The notes beneath the pieces were generated by a model. It worked only from the letters and a program-made list of their open reading frames with translations, was not told the DNA's origin and did not search any database. Both the position numbers and the translations under genes were made by a program. DNA of 64,000 nucleotides from Candidatus Eiseniibacteriota bacterium (GTDB lineage Bacteria > Eisenbacteria > RBG-16-71-46), in assembly GCA_031364845.1 (NCBI GenBank), contig JANLWX010000018.1, positions 18,247-82,246 of the forward strand, written 5' to 3'. Below, piece by piece: positions 28,046-38,288 of the stretch; position 1 is the stretch's first letter; each line of letters begins with the position of its first letter.

Positions 28046-29646
28046 TCTGGAGCGGCGTGCTGCTGAGCCGCGCCCGGCTCGCGCGCAACCAATTTCTCCC
28101 GCGCCCGGGACGCGGCTCCACGACCGGGCGCCCGCTGTTCGCCGCTACGCTCGCACTGGTGCTCGCAACCTTCGTCGCGTTCGCACTCGGCGGGCTGTTC
28201 CTCCAGCTCCAGAGCGAAGGCGCCGACGCGCGCGACGCTTCGGTGGGCCTGGCGCTCGCGCTCACCGCCTCGCTCGTCGGACTGATCGCCTTCGATCTCC
28301 ACGAAGTCGTATCGACGGTAGTGCTCGACTCGGATCTCGAGTTGCTGCGCCGCGCGCCGGTTCCGGCGTGGTCGTCGTTCGCGATCAAACTGCTCGATGC
28401 GTTCCCGCGCACGTCTGCATTGCTCGTGATCCTCGCGGTGCCGGCGCTCGTGGGCTACGCCGTGATCTATCCGGTGCCCGCATGGTGCTGGGGGCTGGTG
28501 CCGCTCGCGCTCGTGTCGCTGTGGGCGATCGCGCTCGGCCTCGGCGTCGCGGTCGCGCTGCTGCTGCTGCGCGTCGTGCCCGCGACCACCGCGCGCGAGG
28601 TGCTCGGGTTGCTCTCGACGTTCGCGGTGTTCGTGCTGTGGATCGGAAATTCGTTCGTGCTCCCGCGCCTGGCACTCGACAGCGCCTCGCCGCTCGCGAT
28701 GCTGCACGCGATCGAAGCGAAAGCCCCGTGGGGCTACCGGCTTTCGCCCGGCACCTGGATCGCCGAGATGATGGGTGCCGCGAGTGCCGGCGACGCCGCG
28801 CACGCGTTACGCGCGCTCGCCAGCACGCTCGCTGCCGCGGCGGCAGCCGTGGTGCTGGCCGGCGTCGTCGCGGCGCACCATCTGGGCTCGGTGCAGGCGC
28901 GGGTGAGCAACGCGCGCGGCCGCGCGACCCGCGGCCCGGCGCGTGCGATGCGCTTCGCACGGCGACCGGGCCTGCTGGGGGCGCTGTTGAGCCGCGATCT
29001 CAAATTGTTCCTGCGCGACTGGACGGTGCTCGGCGACATCGTGGTCGCGAGCGCGCTGTGGACGCTGCTGCCGCTCGTCGGAGCGCCGCTCTACACGCTC
29101 GAACGCGCGCTGCTTGCGCGCGCGATGCTGCTCTCGCTCACCGTCGCACTCGGCTACGAAGTCGGAACGCGCGCGATCCCATTCGAACGCCGGGGCCTCG
29201 TGTGGGCGCGGCTCGCCCCCGTTCCCGCATGGCGCTGGATCGTTGGACGCGCGGTGTCGACGCTCGCCGTCGCGTTACCCGTGGTCGCGATCGCGGCGAC
29301 CGGCGTGATCGGCGCACTCGGACTCACCGCACTCGAGATCGTGACCACACTCGCGATCGTGCTGCCGGCGCTCGCGATCGCACTGGCGATCGGACTGTGG
29401 ACGGGCACCGCACATGCGAACTTCGAATGGACCCATCCCCGCGCGATGCTGACGCTCACCGGCCGCACGTTGGCGACGGTCCTGCTGCTGGCGCAGGCGG
29501 TCGGGTGGTTCGCGTGGGCGATGTACGGCACCCACGTCGCCACGGGACTCTCCGCCACGCTGTTGCCGCTCGCACTCGCCACGGTGCTGGTGCCGGCACT
29601 GCTCGCCCTGACCGCGCGGGAACTGCGGCGCCGGACGCTCGGGTAG
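28042..29646 (+). CDS. Putative ABC-2 type permease (two-repeat)
   Basis: Highly hydrophobic, DLELLRRAPVP and RDLKLFLRD; coupled to the ATPase by ATGA overlap. Confidence 0.78.
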   Translation: MIWSGVLLSRARLARNQFLPRPGRGSTTGRPLFAATLALVLATFVAFALGGLFLQLQSEGADARDASVGLALALTASLVGLIAFDLHEVVSTVVLDSDLELLRRAPVPAWSSFAIKLLDAFPRTSALLVILAVPALVGYAVIYPVPAWCWGLVPLALVSLWAIALGLGVAVALLLLRVVPATTAREVLGLLSTFAVFVLWIGNSFVLPRLALDSASPLAMLHAIEAKAPWGYRLSPGTWIAEMMGAASAGDAAHALRALASTLAAAAAAVVLAGVVAAHHLGSVQARVSNARGRATRGPARAMRFARRPGLLGALLSRDLKLFLRDWTVLGDIVVASALWTLLPLVGAPLYTLERALLARAMLLSLTVALGYEVGTRAIPFERRGLVWARLAPVPAWRWIVGRAVSTLAVALPVVAIAATGVIGALGLTALEIVTTLAIVLPALAIALAIGLWTGTAHANFEWTHPRAMLTLTGRTLATVLLLAQAVGWFAWAMYGTHVATGLSATLLPLALATVLVPALLALTARELRRRTLG

Positions 29647-29648
29647 AC

Positions 29649-30998
29649 GTGCCATCCGTTTCCGCACCCTCCGCACCGCCCGCCGGCGCCGAGGGTCGCC
29701 GCAACTTCAGGCTCGCGGTATGGAATGGCGTGCTGTTCCAGGCCGCCGAAGGATTCGTCGACCCGGGCACCGTGATTCCGGTGCTGCTGTCGCGGCTCAC
29801 GGCTTCGAATGCGTTGATCGGATTCGCCTCGGCGATGAGCGACATGGGCTGGCTGCTCCCGCAGATATTGGTGGCACCGTGGGCATCGCGGCATCCGCGC
29901 CAGATGTGGCTCTACCGGCGTGCCGCGATGGTACGCGCGGTTGGCCTGTTCGCGGTCGCCGCACTCGCGATTCCACTTGCCGGTCATCCGGCAGCAATGC
30001 TCGCCGTGTTCTTCATCGGCTACGGCTCGTACTCGATCGCGGCGGGTGCCGGAGCGGTCGCGTTCATGGAAGTCGTGGGGCGCACGGTGCCTCGCGAACA
30101 GCTCACGCCGCTGTGGGCGCAGCGCCTGTTCTGGGGCGGGATCCTGAGCGCGGTCGGCGCGATCGGCGTGCGGCAGGTGCTCGAGCTGGAATCGCACGGC
30201 CTGCGTTTTACGATCCTGTTCAGCGGGGCACTCGTGTTCGCGACGAGCGGATGGATGATGTTCACGCGCATTCGCGAACCCGCCCACGCTCCCGGGGCGG
30301 GCGGCGCCTCGCCGTTCGGACTGCTGCGCGAAGGCATCGAACTCGTGAAATCGGACACCGTGTTCCGGCGGCTGCTGATCGCGCGCTCGGTGCTCAACGT
30401 GTGGTTCGCCGCGAGCCCGTTCATGGTGCTGTTCGCGGTCAACGATCTCGGCGGCCAGCTGCGCGCCGCCGGCACGTTCCTGATCGCGCGCATCGCGGGC
30501 TTCGTGCTCGGCAATCTCGTGTGGATGCCGCTCGCGCGCCATCACGGCAATCGCGCGATCATGCTCACCGGCACGGTGCTCGCCGGCGTGCTCGCGCTGC
30601 TCGCCGCGGCGATCGCGCTCGCTTCGCCATGGAAACTCGCATGGATCTCGGCGCACGCGGCCGTCATCTCGCTCGAAGTGCTCGCGTTCTTCGGAGGTGT
30701 GGTCCACAGCGCGCTCAGCGTGGGCTACGCGAGCCTGTCGATCGAACTCGCCCCACCCGGACGGCGGCAGGCGTTCGTGAGTCTGCTCAACACGTTCGTC
30801 GGACCGACGATGCTGCTTCCGATGTTGGGCGGCGCCCTGCTCGACGTGACGAATGCGCCGGTGTTGTTCACTCTGTGCGGCGTGCTCGCGCTGATCGGCA
30901 GCCATGCCGCGGCGAAGCTACCGCGCCCGCATGAGATCGGTCACGATGGCCAAGCACCGCTGACGGACTCGGGCGTTGCGATCGCCGAGAGCACTTAG
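29649..30998 (+). CDS. MFS transporter
   Basis: About 12 TMs; RRNFRLAVWNG...FVDPGTVIP, ELAPPGRRQAFVSL. Confidence 0.82.
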   Translation: MPSVSAPSAPPAGAEGRRNFRLAVWNGVLFQAAEGFVDPGTVIPVLLSRLTASNALIGFASAMSDMGWLLPQILVAPWASRHPRQMWLYRRAAMVRAVGLFAVAALAIPLAGHPAAMLAVFFIGYGSYSIAAGAGAVAFMEVVGRTVPREQLTPLWAQRLFWGGILSAVGAIGVRQVLELESHGLRFTILFSGALVFATSGWMMFTRIREPAHAPGAGGASPFGLLREGIELVKSDTVFRRLLIARSVLNVWFAASPFMVLFAVNDLGGQLRAAGTFLIARIAGFVLGNLVWMPLARHHGNRAIMLTGTVLAGVLALLAAAIALASPWKLAWISAHAAVISLEVLAFFGGVVHSALSVGYASLSIELAPPGRRQAFVSLLNTFVGPTMLLPMLGGALLDVTNAPVLFTLCGVLALIGSHAAAKLPRPHEIGHDGQAPLTDSGVAIAEST

Positions 30999-31029
30999 GC
31001 CGGCCCACTGGCTTGAATGGAGGCTTCCG

Positions 31030-31383
31030 ATGAAGACCCGCGAAGTGCTGGTCGCCGTCCCCGATCTGTTCTTCTCGACCCGCATCATGTCGACGGCACA
31101 GCAGCTCGGCGTCCAGGTCGTGGCCTGCGCGCCGTCTGAACTCGCGGCATGCGCCCGCAGCGCGATTCCCGATGTCGCGATCGTCGATCTGCACGCCGAA
31201 GGCGCGCTCGAAGGGGTTCGAGCGCTGCGCGCCGATCCGGTGATCGCGAACGTGCGCGTGGTGGGTTTCTATTCGCATGTGGACAACGCGCTGCGCGCCG
31301 CCGCCATCGAGGCCGGCGTCACCGAACCCATGCCGCGCTCCGCATTCACCGCGAAACTCGCAACAATCCTTTCGGGGATCTGA
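31030..31383 (+). CDS. Stand-alone atypical response-regulator receiver protein
   Basis: CheY-like pattern VLVAVPDLFF...PDVAIVDL...VVGFYSH...AIEAG. Confidence 0.7.
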   Translation: MKTREVLVAVPDLFFSTRIMSTAQQLGVQVVACAPSELAACARSAIPDVAIVDLHAEGALEGVRALRADPVIANVRVVGFYSHVDNALRAAAIEAGVTEPMPRSAFTAKLATILSGI

Positions 31384-31433
31384 AACGTGCGTTGTTTTCC
31401 GGCTCCACCGGGAGCGGGCTATACTCCGCCGCA

Positions 31434-32222
31434 ATGACTCCTTCACGATTGCTGCTCTCGGTGGCCGCGCTGTGTTTCGCGCTGTGCGCCGCTTCCGCGC
31501 ACGCCGCGGATGCGCCCGCCGTCACCGACTCGGCCCGCACTTCGGATCCGCAGGCGATCGAGATCGCCGACCGCGTGATCGCCGCCCTCGGCGGCACCGA
31601 CCGCTGGAACAAGCTCCGCGGTCTGCGCTGGTCGTTCGAGTCTGCGTTGCGCGACACGGTCCGCAGCTCGCGCCGGCACAGCTGGGACAAGTACACGGGA
31701 TGGCACAAGGTCTCGGGCACGATGCGCGATGGAACCGCATTCACGTTCATCGACAACATCAACACGGGCGAAGGCCGCGCATGGATGAACGGGCAGGCGA
31801 TCGAAGGCGATTCGCTGGCGAAGTTAATGAAGCGCGCGAAATCGCTGTGGACCAACGACACCTATTGGATGCTGATGCCGTACAAGCTGCGCGATCCCGG
31901 CGTGGTCCTGCGCTACGAGGGCCCGGTGCGCGAGGGCGACTACATCTGGGACAAGCTCGCGCTGTCGTTCCATCAGGTCGGCGAAACCCCCGGCGATCGC
32001 TACTGGGTGTTCGTGAACCGCGCCACGAGTCGGGTCGAGAAGTGGGAGTTCGTCCTGCAAGGTGATGCGCCTCCGGCCAACGTCTACGCCTGGGAAGGCT
32101 GGGAAGAGCACGGCGGCCTGTGGTTCCCGACCGCGAAGCGCGGCGCGGAGGGGCGCGTGATCTACACCCGCAACATCGAGACGATGGACGCGATACCCGC
32201 CTCGGAGTTCGCTCAACCCTGA
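31434..32222 (+). CDS. Secreted hypothetical protein (possibly LolA-like fold)
   Basis: Signal peptide, ALGGTDRW, NDTYWMLMPYKLRDPGV, GETPGDRYW. Confidence 0.7.
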   Translation: MTPSRLLLSVAALCFALCAASAHAADAPAVTDSARTSDPQAIEIADRVIAALGGTDRWNKLRGLRWSFESALRDTVRSSRRHSWDKYTGWHKVSGTMRDGTAFTFIDNINTGEGRAWMNGQAIEGDSLAKLMKRAKSLWTNDTYWMLMPYKLRDPGVVLRYEGPVREGDYIWDKLALSFHQVGETPGDRYWVFVNRATSRVEKWEFVLQGDAPPANVYAWEGWEEHGGLWFPTAKRGAEGRVIYTRNIETMDAIPASEFAQP

Positions 32223-32900
32223 ATGTCACGACCCGACGTCACCACCTTGCGCGTGAGCGAGTGCTTCCTTTCGATCCAGGGCGAAGGTCCGTCGGCCGGG
32301 GTCCCCGCGCATTTCGTGCGGCTCCAGGGTTGCGATGTCGGCTGCCACTGGTGCGACTCCAAGTACACATGGGGCGTGAGCGGCGGTCGCGAATCCACGG
32401 TCGATGACATCCTCGACGAAGTACGCGCCCTCGGCGATGCGCCGCTGCTGGTCGTTACCGGTGGCGAGCCTCTGCAGCACGACGGCGTCTATGGACTGCT
32501 CAAGCAGGCGCTCCTGCGCTGGCCGCGCGTCGAAGTCGAGACCAGCGGCATCATCGGTCCGCGGATGCACGACGAGCGTCTGTATTGGAACGTGTCTCCC
32601 AAACTACCCGGGGTCACGGCGCGGTGGGAAGAAACGTGGCGGCACGCGGGCGAATGGGCCCGCGCTGAGAACGCCACGTTCAAGCTCGTCGTCGGCAACG
32701 AGCAGGATCGCGACGATGCGTTGCGCCTCGTCGCCGAGCATGGGGTCCCCGCATCGCGCGTGATGCTGATGCCCGAAGGCCTCACCGATGACCAGGTGCT
32801 CGCGCACGCTCCACTCGTCGTCGATACGTGCAAGGCTCACGGATTTCGCATGAGCCCGCGGCTCCACATCTGGCTGTGGGGCGCGCGGAGAGGCGTATGA
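32223..32900 (+). CDS. queE: 7-carboxy-7-deazaguanine synthase (radical SAM)
   Basis: [30 protein letters not shown]. Confidence 0.95.
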   Translation: MSRPDVTTLRVSECFLSIQGEGPSAGVPAHFVRLQGCDVGCHWCDSKYTWGVSGGRESTVDDILDEVRALGDAPLLVVTGGEPLQHDGVYGLLKQALLRWPRVEVETSGIIGPRMHDERLYWNVSPKLPGVTARWEETWRHAGEWARAENATFKLVVGNEQDRDDALRLVAEHGVPASRVMLMPEGLTDDQVLAHAPLVVDTCKAHGFRMSPRLHIWLWGARRGV

Positions 32901-33601
32901 GCGAACGCGCGGTCGTGCTGCTGTCGGGTGGGCTCGATTCGACCACGTGCCTCGCGTGGGCGCGCGCGCAGGGATACGAGTGCCACACGCTCGCGATCGA
33001 CTACGGCCAGCGCCATCGGGGCGAGCTGGCGGCTGCGCGAACCGTCGCCGGCGCACTCGGTGCCTCAGAGCATCGCGAAGTGCGCGTGGATCTCCGCGCG
33101 ATCGGAGGGTCGGCGCTCACCGGCACGCTCGCGATGCCGCGCGATCGCGAGATCGAGGAGATCGGCGCGGGCATTCCTTCGACCTACGTGCCTGCACGCA
33201 ATACCGTATTCCTCTCGATCGCCCTGGGATGGGCGGAAGTCCTGAACGCGCCGCATCTGGTGGCGGGGATGAACGCGATCGATTACTCCGGATATCCCGA
33301 CTGCCGTCCCGAATTCGTACGCGCGTTCGAGCGCCTCGCGCGGCTCGCGACGCGGGCCGGCATCGAAGGCGTCGAGTTCCGCGTCCACACGCCGCTCATG
33401 GAGCTCGACAAGGCCGGCATCATCCGGATGGGCCTGGTACTCGGCGTCGACTATGCGCTCACGCACTCCTGCTACGATCCGTCACCCGACGGTGCCGCGT
33501 GCGGGCGTTGCGATGCATGCGTGCTGCGGCTCAAGGGTTTTCACGAGGCCGGGCGCACCGATCCCATTCGGTACTCGGCGAACGCGGGCGGCGCGGCATG
33601 A
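32897..33601 (+). CDS. queC: 7-cyano-7-deazaguanine synthase
   Basis: [35 protein letters not shown]. Confidence 0.97.
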   Translation: MSERAVVLLSGGLDSTTCLAWARAQGYECHTLAIDYGQRHRGELAAARTVAGALGASEHREVRVDLRAIGGSALTGTLAMPRDREIEEIGAGIPSTYVPARNTVFLSIALGWAEVLNAPHLVAGMNAIDYSGYPDCRPEFVRAFERLARLATRAGIEGVEFRVHTPLMELDKAGIIRMGLVLGVDYALTHSCYDPSPDGAACGRCDACVLRLKGFHEAGRTDPIRYSANAGGAA

Positions 33602-33680
33602 GGCTCGCCGAAACGCGCCGCGCCCGAACCCCATTGATCCGATTCGCAGCGCGCCACCCGATCCCATAGAGGTTCCGACC

Positions 33681-34046
33681 ATGCGCATCGATCTGACGAA
33701 GGACTACACATTCGAAGCGGCGCATCGGTTGCCGCGCGTGCCGCCCGATCACAAGTGCTTTCGCATGCACGGTCACTCGTTCCGCGTCGAAGTCGTGGTC
33801 GCGGGCGAGATCGATCCCGAACTCGGATGGCTGCTCGACTTCGCGGACATCACCGCTGCCGTCGAACCGTTGATCAAGCGTGAACTCGATCACCGATCAC
33901 TGAACGACGTGCCGGGTCTCGAGAATCCGACCTCTGAATTGCTGTGCATGTGGTTGTGGAATCGTCTCGTCCCCGCACTACCGGGACTGGCCGCGATCAC
34001 GGTCGCCGAGACGTGCACGGCACGCTGCACCTATCGCGGCGAGTGA
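33681..34046 (+). CDS. queD: 6-carboxytetrahydropterin synthase
   Basis: FEAAHRL...CFRMHGHS, LDH, ENPTSE. Confidence 0.96.
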   Translation: MRIDLTKDYTFEAAHRLPRVPPDHKCFRMHGHSFRVEVVVAGEIDPELGWLLDFADITAAVEPLIKRELDHRSLNDVPGLENPTSELLCMWLWNRLVPALPGLAAITVAETCTARCTYRGE

Positions 34047-34375
34047 CTTCGCGGCACGAACCAGGGCCGCTGTCCGGCCGCCGGCGTTGTAATAAAGGCG
34101 CTCCGATTGCGGATCGCATGCGCGATACGGGCATCATAGAAAGCGTTCCGGGCCGTAAATCCCCCTCCAGCATGCGAATTCCCCCTTGGAATGCGCTTTG
34201 CTCTACTGCCAGTGAGGCAACCCTCAGTGGTGGTCCGTGAAACTACGGAGCCACGGGAGCGCTGCTCCCGCGGGCGCGGATTTTCCGGTGCGAGCGCGGT
34301 GACGTCCGGGTGCCCGCTGTGGAAGGATATCGCTTCCGCAGCGTACATCGAGTGGAAGGGAGAAACACCAACACC

Positions 34376-35296
34376 ATGAATACGAACTCGAGAGTCTTCA
34401 TCACCGGAGTCAGCGGATATCTCGGAAGTGCGATCGCCACCCGGCTGGTCCGGTCCGGCTACGAAGTCCATGGCCTGACCCGCAACGTCGATCGCACCTC
34501 CGATCTCTCCGCGCGCGGCATCCACCCGGTGGTGGGCACACTGTCGAAGCCTGAGACGTTTCTTCCGGCACTCAAGAATTGCGACGTCGCGATTCACGCC
34601 GCGTTCGACCCGTCCGATGTCGCAAACCAGGACCGGCTCGCGCTCGAGGCAATTCGGATCGGCGCTCTCGACGGCCGCGTCCGGCAGCTGCTCTATACCA
34701 GCGGCGCGTGGGTTCATGGCGACACCGGCGGACAGTCGATCGACGAATCGTCACCGCTCAACCCGATCGATCTCGTTCGGTGGCGCGCGGCGCACGAGGA
34801 CGTGGCCATCGACCTGAGCGAGCACGACGTCAAGGTCGTGGTGCTGCGGCCGGGCACGGTGTACGGAAGCTCGCGCGGCATAATCGGTTCAATGTTCGCC
34901 GAAGCGCACGATCATGGAACGCTTCACTATGCCGGCACCGGTGCCCAGCACTGGGGTTTGATCCATCGCGACGATGTTGCCGAGGCCTACCTGCGTGCGC
35001 TTGAACGCGCGACCGGCGGCGAACGGTATCTGTTGAGCGATGGGTCCCAGTACACGGTTCGCCAGATCGCCGAAGCGATCGCCAAGGTCACCGGAGCGCA
35101 GTTGCGTCCGCGCGACTCGAGCGAGGTCCTCAAGCAATTCGGCCTGTTTGGCCGGGCGCTGCTCACCAGCCAGAAGCTCGACGCATCCAAGGCGCGTCGC
35201 GATCTGGGGTGGACGCCCAAGCACACATCGGTGATCGACGAAGTGGCACAACTAAATCAGGACTGGCTCGCGTCGCGGGGCACGCCGGTCGCATAA
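34376..35296 (+). CDS. NAD-dependent epimerase/dehydratase (atypical SDR)
   Basis: VFITGVSGYLG, YTSG, LRPGTVYG, IHRDDVA, LGWTPK. Confidence 0.9.
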   Translation: MNTNSRVFITGVSGYLGSAIATRLVRSGYEVHGLTRNVDRTSDLSARGIHPVVGTLSKPETFLPALKNCDVAIHAAFDPSDVANQDRLALEAIRIGALDGRVRQLLYTSGAWVHGDTGGQSIDESSPLNPIDLVRWRAAHEDVAIDLSEHDVKVVVLRPGTVYGSSRGIIGSMFAEAHDHGTLHYAGTGAQHWGLIHRDDVAEAYLRALERATGGERYLLSDGSQYTVRQIAEAIAKVTGAQLRPRDSSEVLKQFGLFGRALLTSQKLDASKARRDLGWTPKHTSVIDEVAQLNQDWLASRGTPVA

Positions 35297-35405
35297 ATCC
35301 TGAAGACACCGGCTCACATCGCCTGACGGCGCACCCTCACAAGGGTGCGCTGTTTGCGTTGGGCAGACACCGCCCTCATTACGACGGGCCCTGCGCTGGC
35401 GTAGG

Positions 35406-36419
35406 ATGACGCGCATGGCCCACCGCCTCCGCTTTCCACCACAGTCGCTCATCCACGGGTGCGCTCGATTCGCGCTCGCCTTCATGGCCATTGCGACCCC
35501 GCTCGTGGCCGACGCCGCCGCAAGCCGCCCGGCGGTTCGCGCGCCGGCGGATCCCGCATTCGGTTCGCACTGGCACGATGGACGGGCAGAGCTCGATGGG
35601 TACGGCTTCGCCGTCCGGCGCTACGGCGAGCCGCGCACGGGACAGGCGACGATGGTGTTCGTCACCGAGCCCTTCCGCGCGAGCACGCGCGTCAAGATCG
35701 ACGATCCTTCGCGCGCGCCCGCCGATGTGTTCGAAGCGCTCAAACTCAACCTCGTGCGCGATTTTCAGACCGGTATCTACGACTACAACACGATGGTCTC
35801 GCTGTTTTCACGCAGTGACTCGTTCGATCCGGTGAAGCTCACCTTCACGAGCGCCGAATGGTGCGGCAATGTGTACGAAGAGCTGCTCATCGATCCGCAG
35901 AACATCCAGCACCGCGTGTTCAGCTACTTCGAAGGCGAGACCTCACTGGGCACACTGCCGCGTCCACCAGGCGGCGTGATCGAGGAGGAACTGTTCGTGC
36001 GGCTGCGAGGACTCCGTGGCGAGTATCTGCGCCCGGGCGAGAAGCGCTCCGTGGCCTTCCTGGCCGGATCCTTTCACCGCCGTCTCACGCATGCACCTGC
36101 AACCTGGACGCGGGCGGAGATCGAGCGCACCGCAGCTACCGAGCGCGTGCAGGTACCGGCAGGAAGCTTCGCAACGCGGCTCTACGTCGTGCGCGTGACG
36201 GGCGGGCGCGAAGGCCGCTTTCATATCGAAGCTGCCTATCCCCATCGCATCGTGAAGTGGGCATGGAGCGGCGCGCGCGGTGCAGATGCCGAAGCCAGCG
36301 AGTCCGGCGAACTGACCGGCACAGAGCGCGTCGCGTACTGGAAGATGAACGGCAGAGGCGGAGAGCGCGGGCTCGAGAAGCTCGGATTGCAGCCTTCGCC
36401 GGGCGCTTCAGGTCGCTAG
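35406..36419 (+). CDS. Secreted hypothetical protein
   Basis: Signal-like N-terminus; WHDGRAEL, VFVTEPF, LKLN...FQTGIYDY, EWCG; typical coding usage. Confidence 0.7.
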   Translation: MTRMAHRLRFPPQSLIHGCARFALAFMAIATPLVADAAASRPAVRAPADPAFGSHWHDGRAELDGYGFAVRRYGEPRTGQATMVFVTEPFRASTRVKIDDPSRAPADVFEALKLNLVRDFQTGIYDYNTMVSLFSRSDSFDPVKLTFTSAEWCGNVYEELLIDPQNIQHRVFSYFEGETSLGTLPRPPGGVIEEELFVRLRGLRGEYLRPGEKRSVAFLAGSFHRRLTHAPATWTRAEIERTAATERVQVPAGSFATRLYVVRVTGGREGRFHIEAAYPHRIVKWAWSGARGADAEASESGELTGTERVAYWKMNGRGGERGLEKLGLQPSPGASGR

Positions 36420-36431
36420 CCGACTTCCTCG

Positions 36432-38288
36432 ATGGAGCCCACCCCCGCACCTCCCGCGCGCCGCCCACGTCCGGGCGTCCTGCCCATAGTCCTCGCGGTG
36501 ATCGGCGTGGCCGCCATCGGAGTGTGGGTGCTGCGGCCGATCATCACGAACCTGGTCGCCGGCAAGTTGCGCGCGGCCGCCGCCGCGCGTGATCTCACGG
36601 CAACGTGGCGTTCGCTGGAAGTCGGGTTCGGTACCGCGCGGATCGGCGATCTCTCTCTTTCATCGGCGGTGGGAGACACCGTGCTCGCGGTGCGGAACCT
36701 GTCGGTCGCGATCGCCCCGCTCTCGATGCTGGTGCTGCGACCGCGGCCACGCTCGATCACGCTCGACAGCGCGCGCTTCACGATTCGCGCGCGAGGCCCG
36801 GCGGATTCCGACACGCTCGATCCGAATCCACCGCCGCCGCCTTCACCGCGCCGCGGGCGAACTGATCACCCGGAGCGATCCCGGCGCCTCGTGAACGCGG
36901 TGCATCAGGCGGTGCGCCTGCTGTTCATCCCTGCACACCAGCTGCCGCGCGTGCGCATGGCGCACCTCACGATCACTCAGGCGTCATCCGAGCCGGGCAC
37001 GGCAACGCGCACGGTCGACATCGACACGCTCACGGCCGATCCCACCGCCGCGGGCATCGGTCTCGGCATCCGCGGAACGCTGCGGGCGGATCAGGTGGTC
37101 CCGTTCTCGGCAACCGCCACGTACGGCCGCGACGATCGCCTCGCGGGTCACGCGCGTTTCATGCTGCCCGCGGCTCGCGGCGGTGAACGCGAAACCCTGG
37201 CAATGGAGATCGACGGGGTGCTCTCGCAGGACCGGCGCGCCCGCGTCGCGCGCCTCGGCGAAGCGACGCGCGTGAGCGTGGGCGCGCTGCCGATCGGAGT
37301 CGCGGGCGCGGTGTGGCAGCGCGGACCGCGATTCGAACTCGCGATCACCGCCGACAGCGTCACCTCGGACCAGATCCACCGGAGCCTGCCCGCGTCGCTG
37401 CTGGGCCCGTTGCTGGATGTCTCGACGCGCGGATCATTCGACTACCGCCTGCACTTCGATCTCGACCTCGCGCGACCCGAGGCCGTCGACTTCACCGCCG
37501 ACGTGATCCCGAATGCGCTGCGTCTGGATTCGTCGACACGTCTGCGGCTCACGGGGCTCGCCGCTCCTTTCACCGCCGTGATCCATCTGCCGCGCCACAC
37601 GACCACGCGCGATCTCTCGCCGGCCAATCCGCACTACCGCGCGTTCGACGACATCGATTCGCTGCTCACGCACGCCGTCGTGACGAACGAGGACGGGGGC
37701 TTCTTCCGCCATCGCGGCTTCAACACCGAAGCGGTGAAGCAATCGATCGCCGAGAACCTGCGGGCCGGGGCGTTCCGGCGCGGCGCCGGCACCATCACGA
37801 TGCAGCTCGCGCGCAATCTGTACCTCGGCCACCAGCGCACGCTCGCGCGCAAGATGCAGGAGGTCGTGCTGGCATGGGTGCTCGAACACCTGACCGGTGT
37901 CGGCAAGCGCCGCCTGTTGGAGATCTACTTCAACATCATCGAGTGGGGTCCGGGGGTTCACGGCGCCGACGAAGCGGCGCACTACTACTTCGGTCGCGAC
38001 GCTTCGCGCCTGACGATCGACGAGTCGCTGTTCCTCGCGACGATCGTTCCCTCGCCGTTGAAGTGGCGCTACCGCTTCGACTCGGAAGGCGCGCTGCGCC
38101 CGTTCGCGCAGGCGCAGATGCACTTCATCGGCCGCGCGATGATCGCGAAAGGCTGGCTCGATGCGGCCATGCTTCCCGCAGCGGATCAATTACGAGTCGA
38201 GCTGCGAGGTCCCGCGCGCGACGTGCTGCACCCGCCCGCGCCCGGCGCGCCTCGAACCGTCGAAGCGCTGGTGCCGTTCCTGCCATGA
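36432..38288 (+). CDS. Peptidoglycan transglycosylase (GT51 domain, no transpeptidase)
   Basis: EDGGFFRHRG, GAGTITMQLARN, RKMQE, KRRLLEIYFN; N-terminal TM. Confidence 0.92.
   Translation: MEPTPAPPARRPRPGVLPIVLAVIGVAAIGVWVLRPIITNLVAGKLRAAAAARDLTATWRSLEVGFGTARIGDLSLSSAVGDTVLAVRNLSVAIAPLSMLVLRPRPRSITLDSARFTIRARGPADSDTLDPNPPPPPSPRRGRTDHPERSRRLVNAVHQAVRLLFIPAHQLPRVRMAHLTITQASSEPGTATRTVDIDTLTADPTAAGIGLGIRGTLRADQVVPFSATATYGRDDRLAGHARFMLPAARGGERETLAMEIDGVLSQDRRARVARLGEATRVSVGALPIGVAGAVWQRGPRFELAITADSVTSDQIHRSLPASLLGPLLDVSTRGSFDYRLHFDLDLARPEAVDFTADVIPNALRLDSSTRLRLTGLAAPFTAVIHLPRHTTTRDLSPANPHYRAFDDIDSLLTHAVVTNEDGGFFRHRGFNTEAVKQSIAENLRAGAFRRGAGTITMQLARNLYLGHQRTLARKMQEVVLAWVLEHLTGVGKRRLLEIYFNIIEWGPGVHGADEAAHYYFGRDASRLTIDESLFLATIVPSPLKWRYRFDSEGALRPFAQAQMHFIGRAMIAKGWLDAAMLPAADQLRVELRGPARDVLHPPAPGAPRTVEALVPFLP

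Noticed and set aside
32223..34046. queE-queC-queD without queF/tgt as a possible 7-deazaguanine DNA-modification island
   Set aside because: No dpdA or other dpd genes nearby; split que gene sets are common.
34210..34260. c-di-GMP-I riboswitch resemblance (GGCAA...GCCACGGG)
   Set aside because: The core GACGCAAA junction and P2 geometry are absent.
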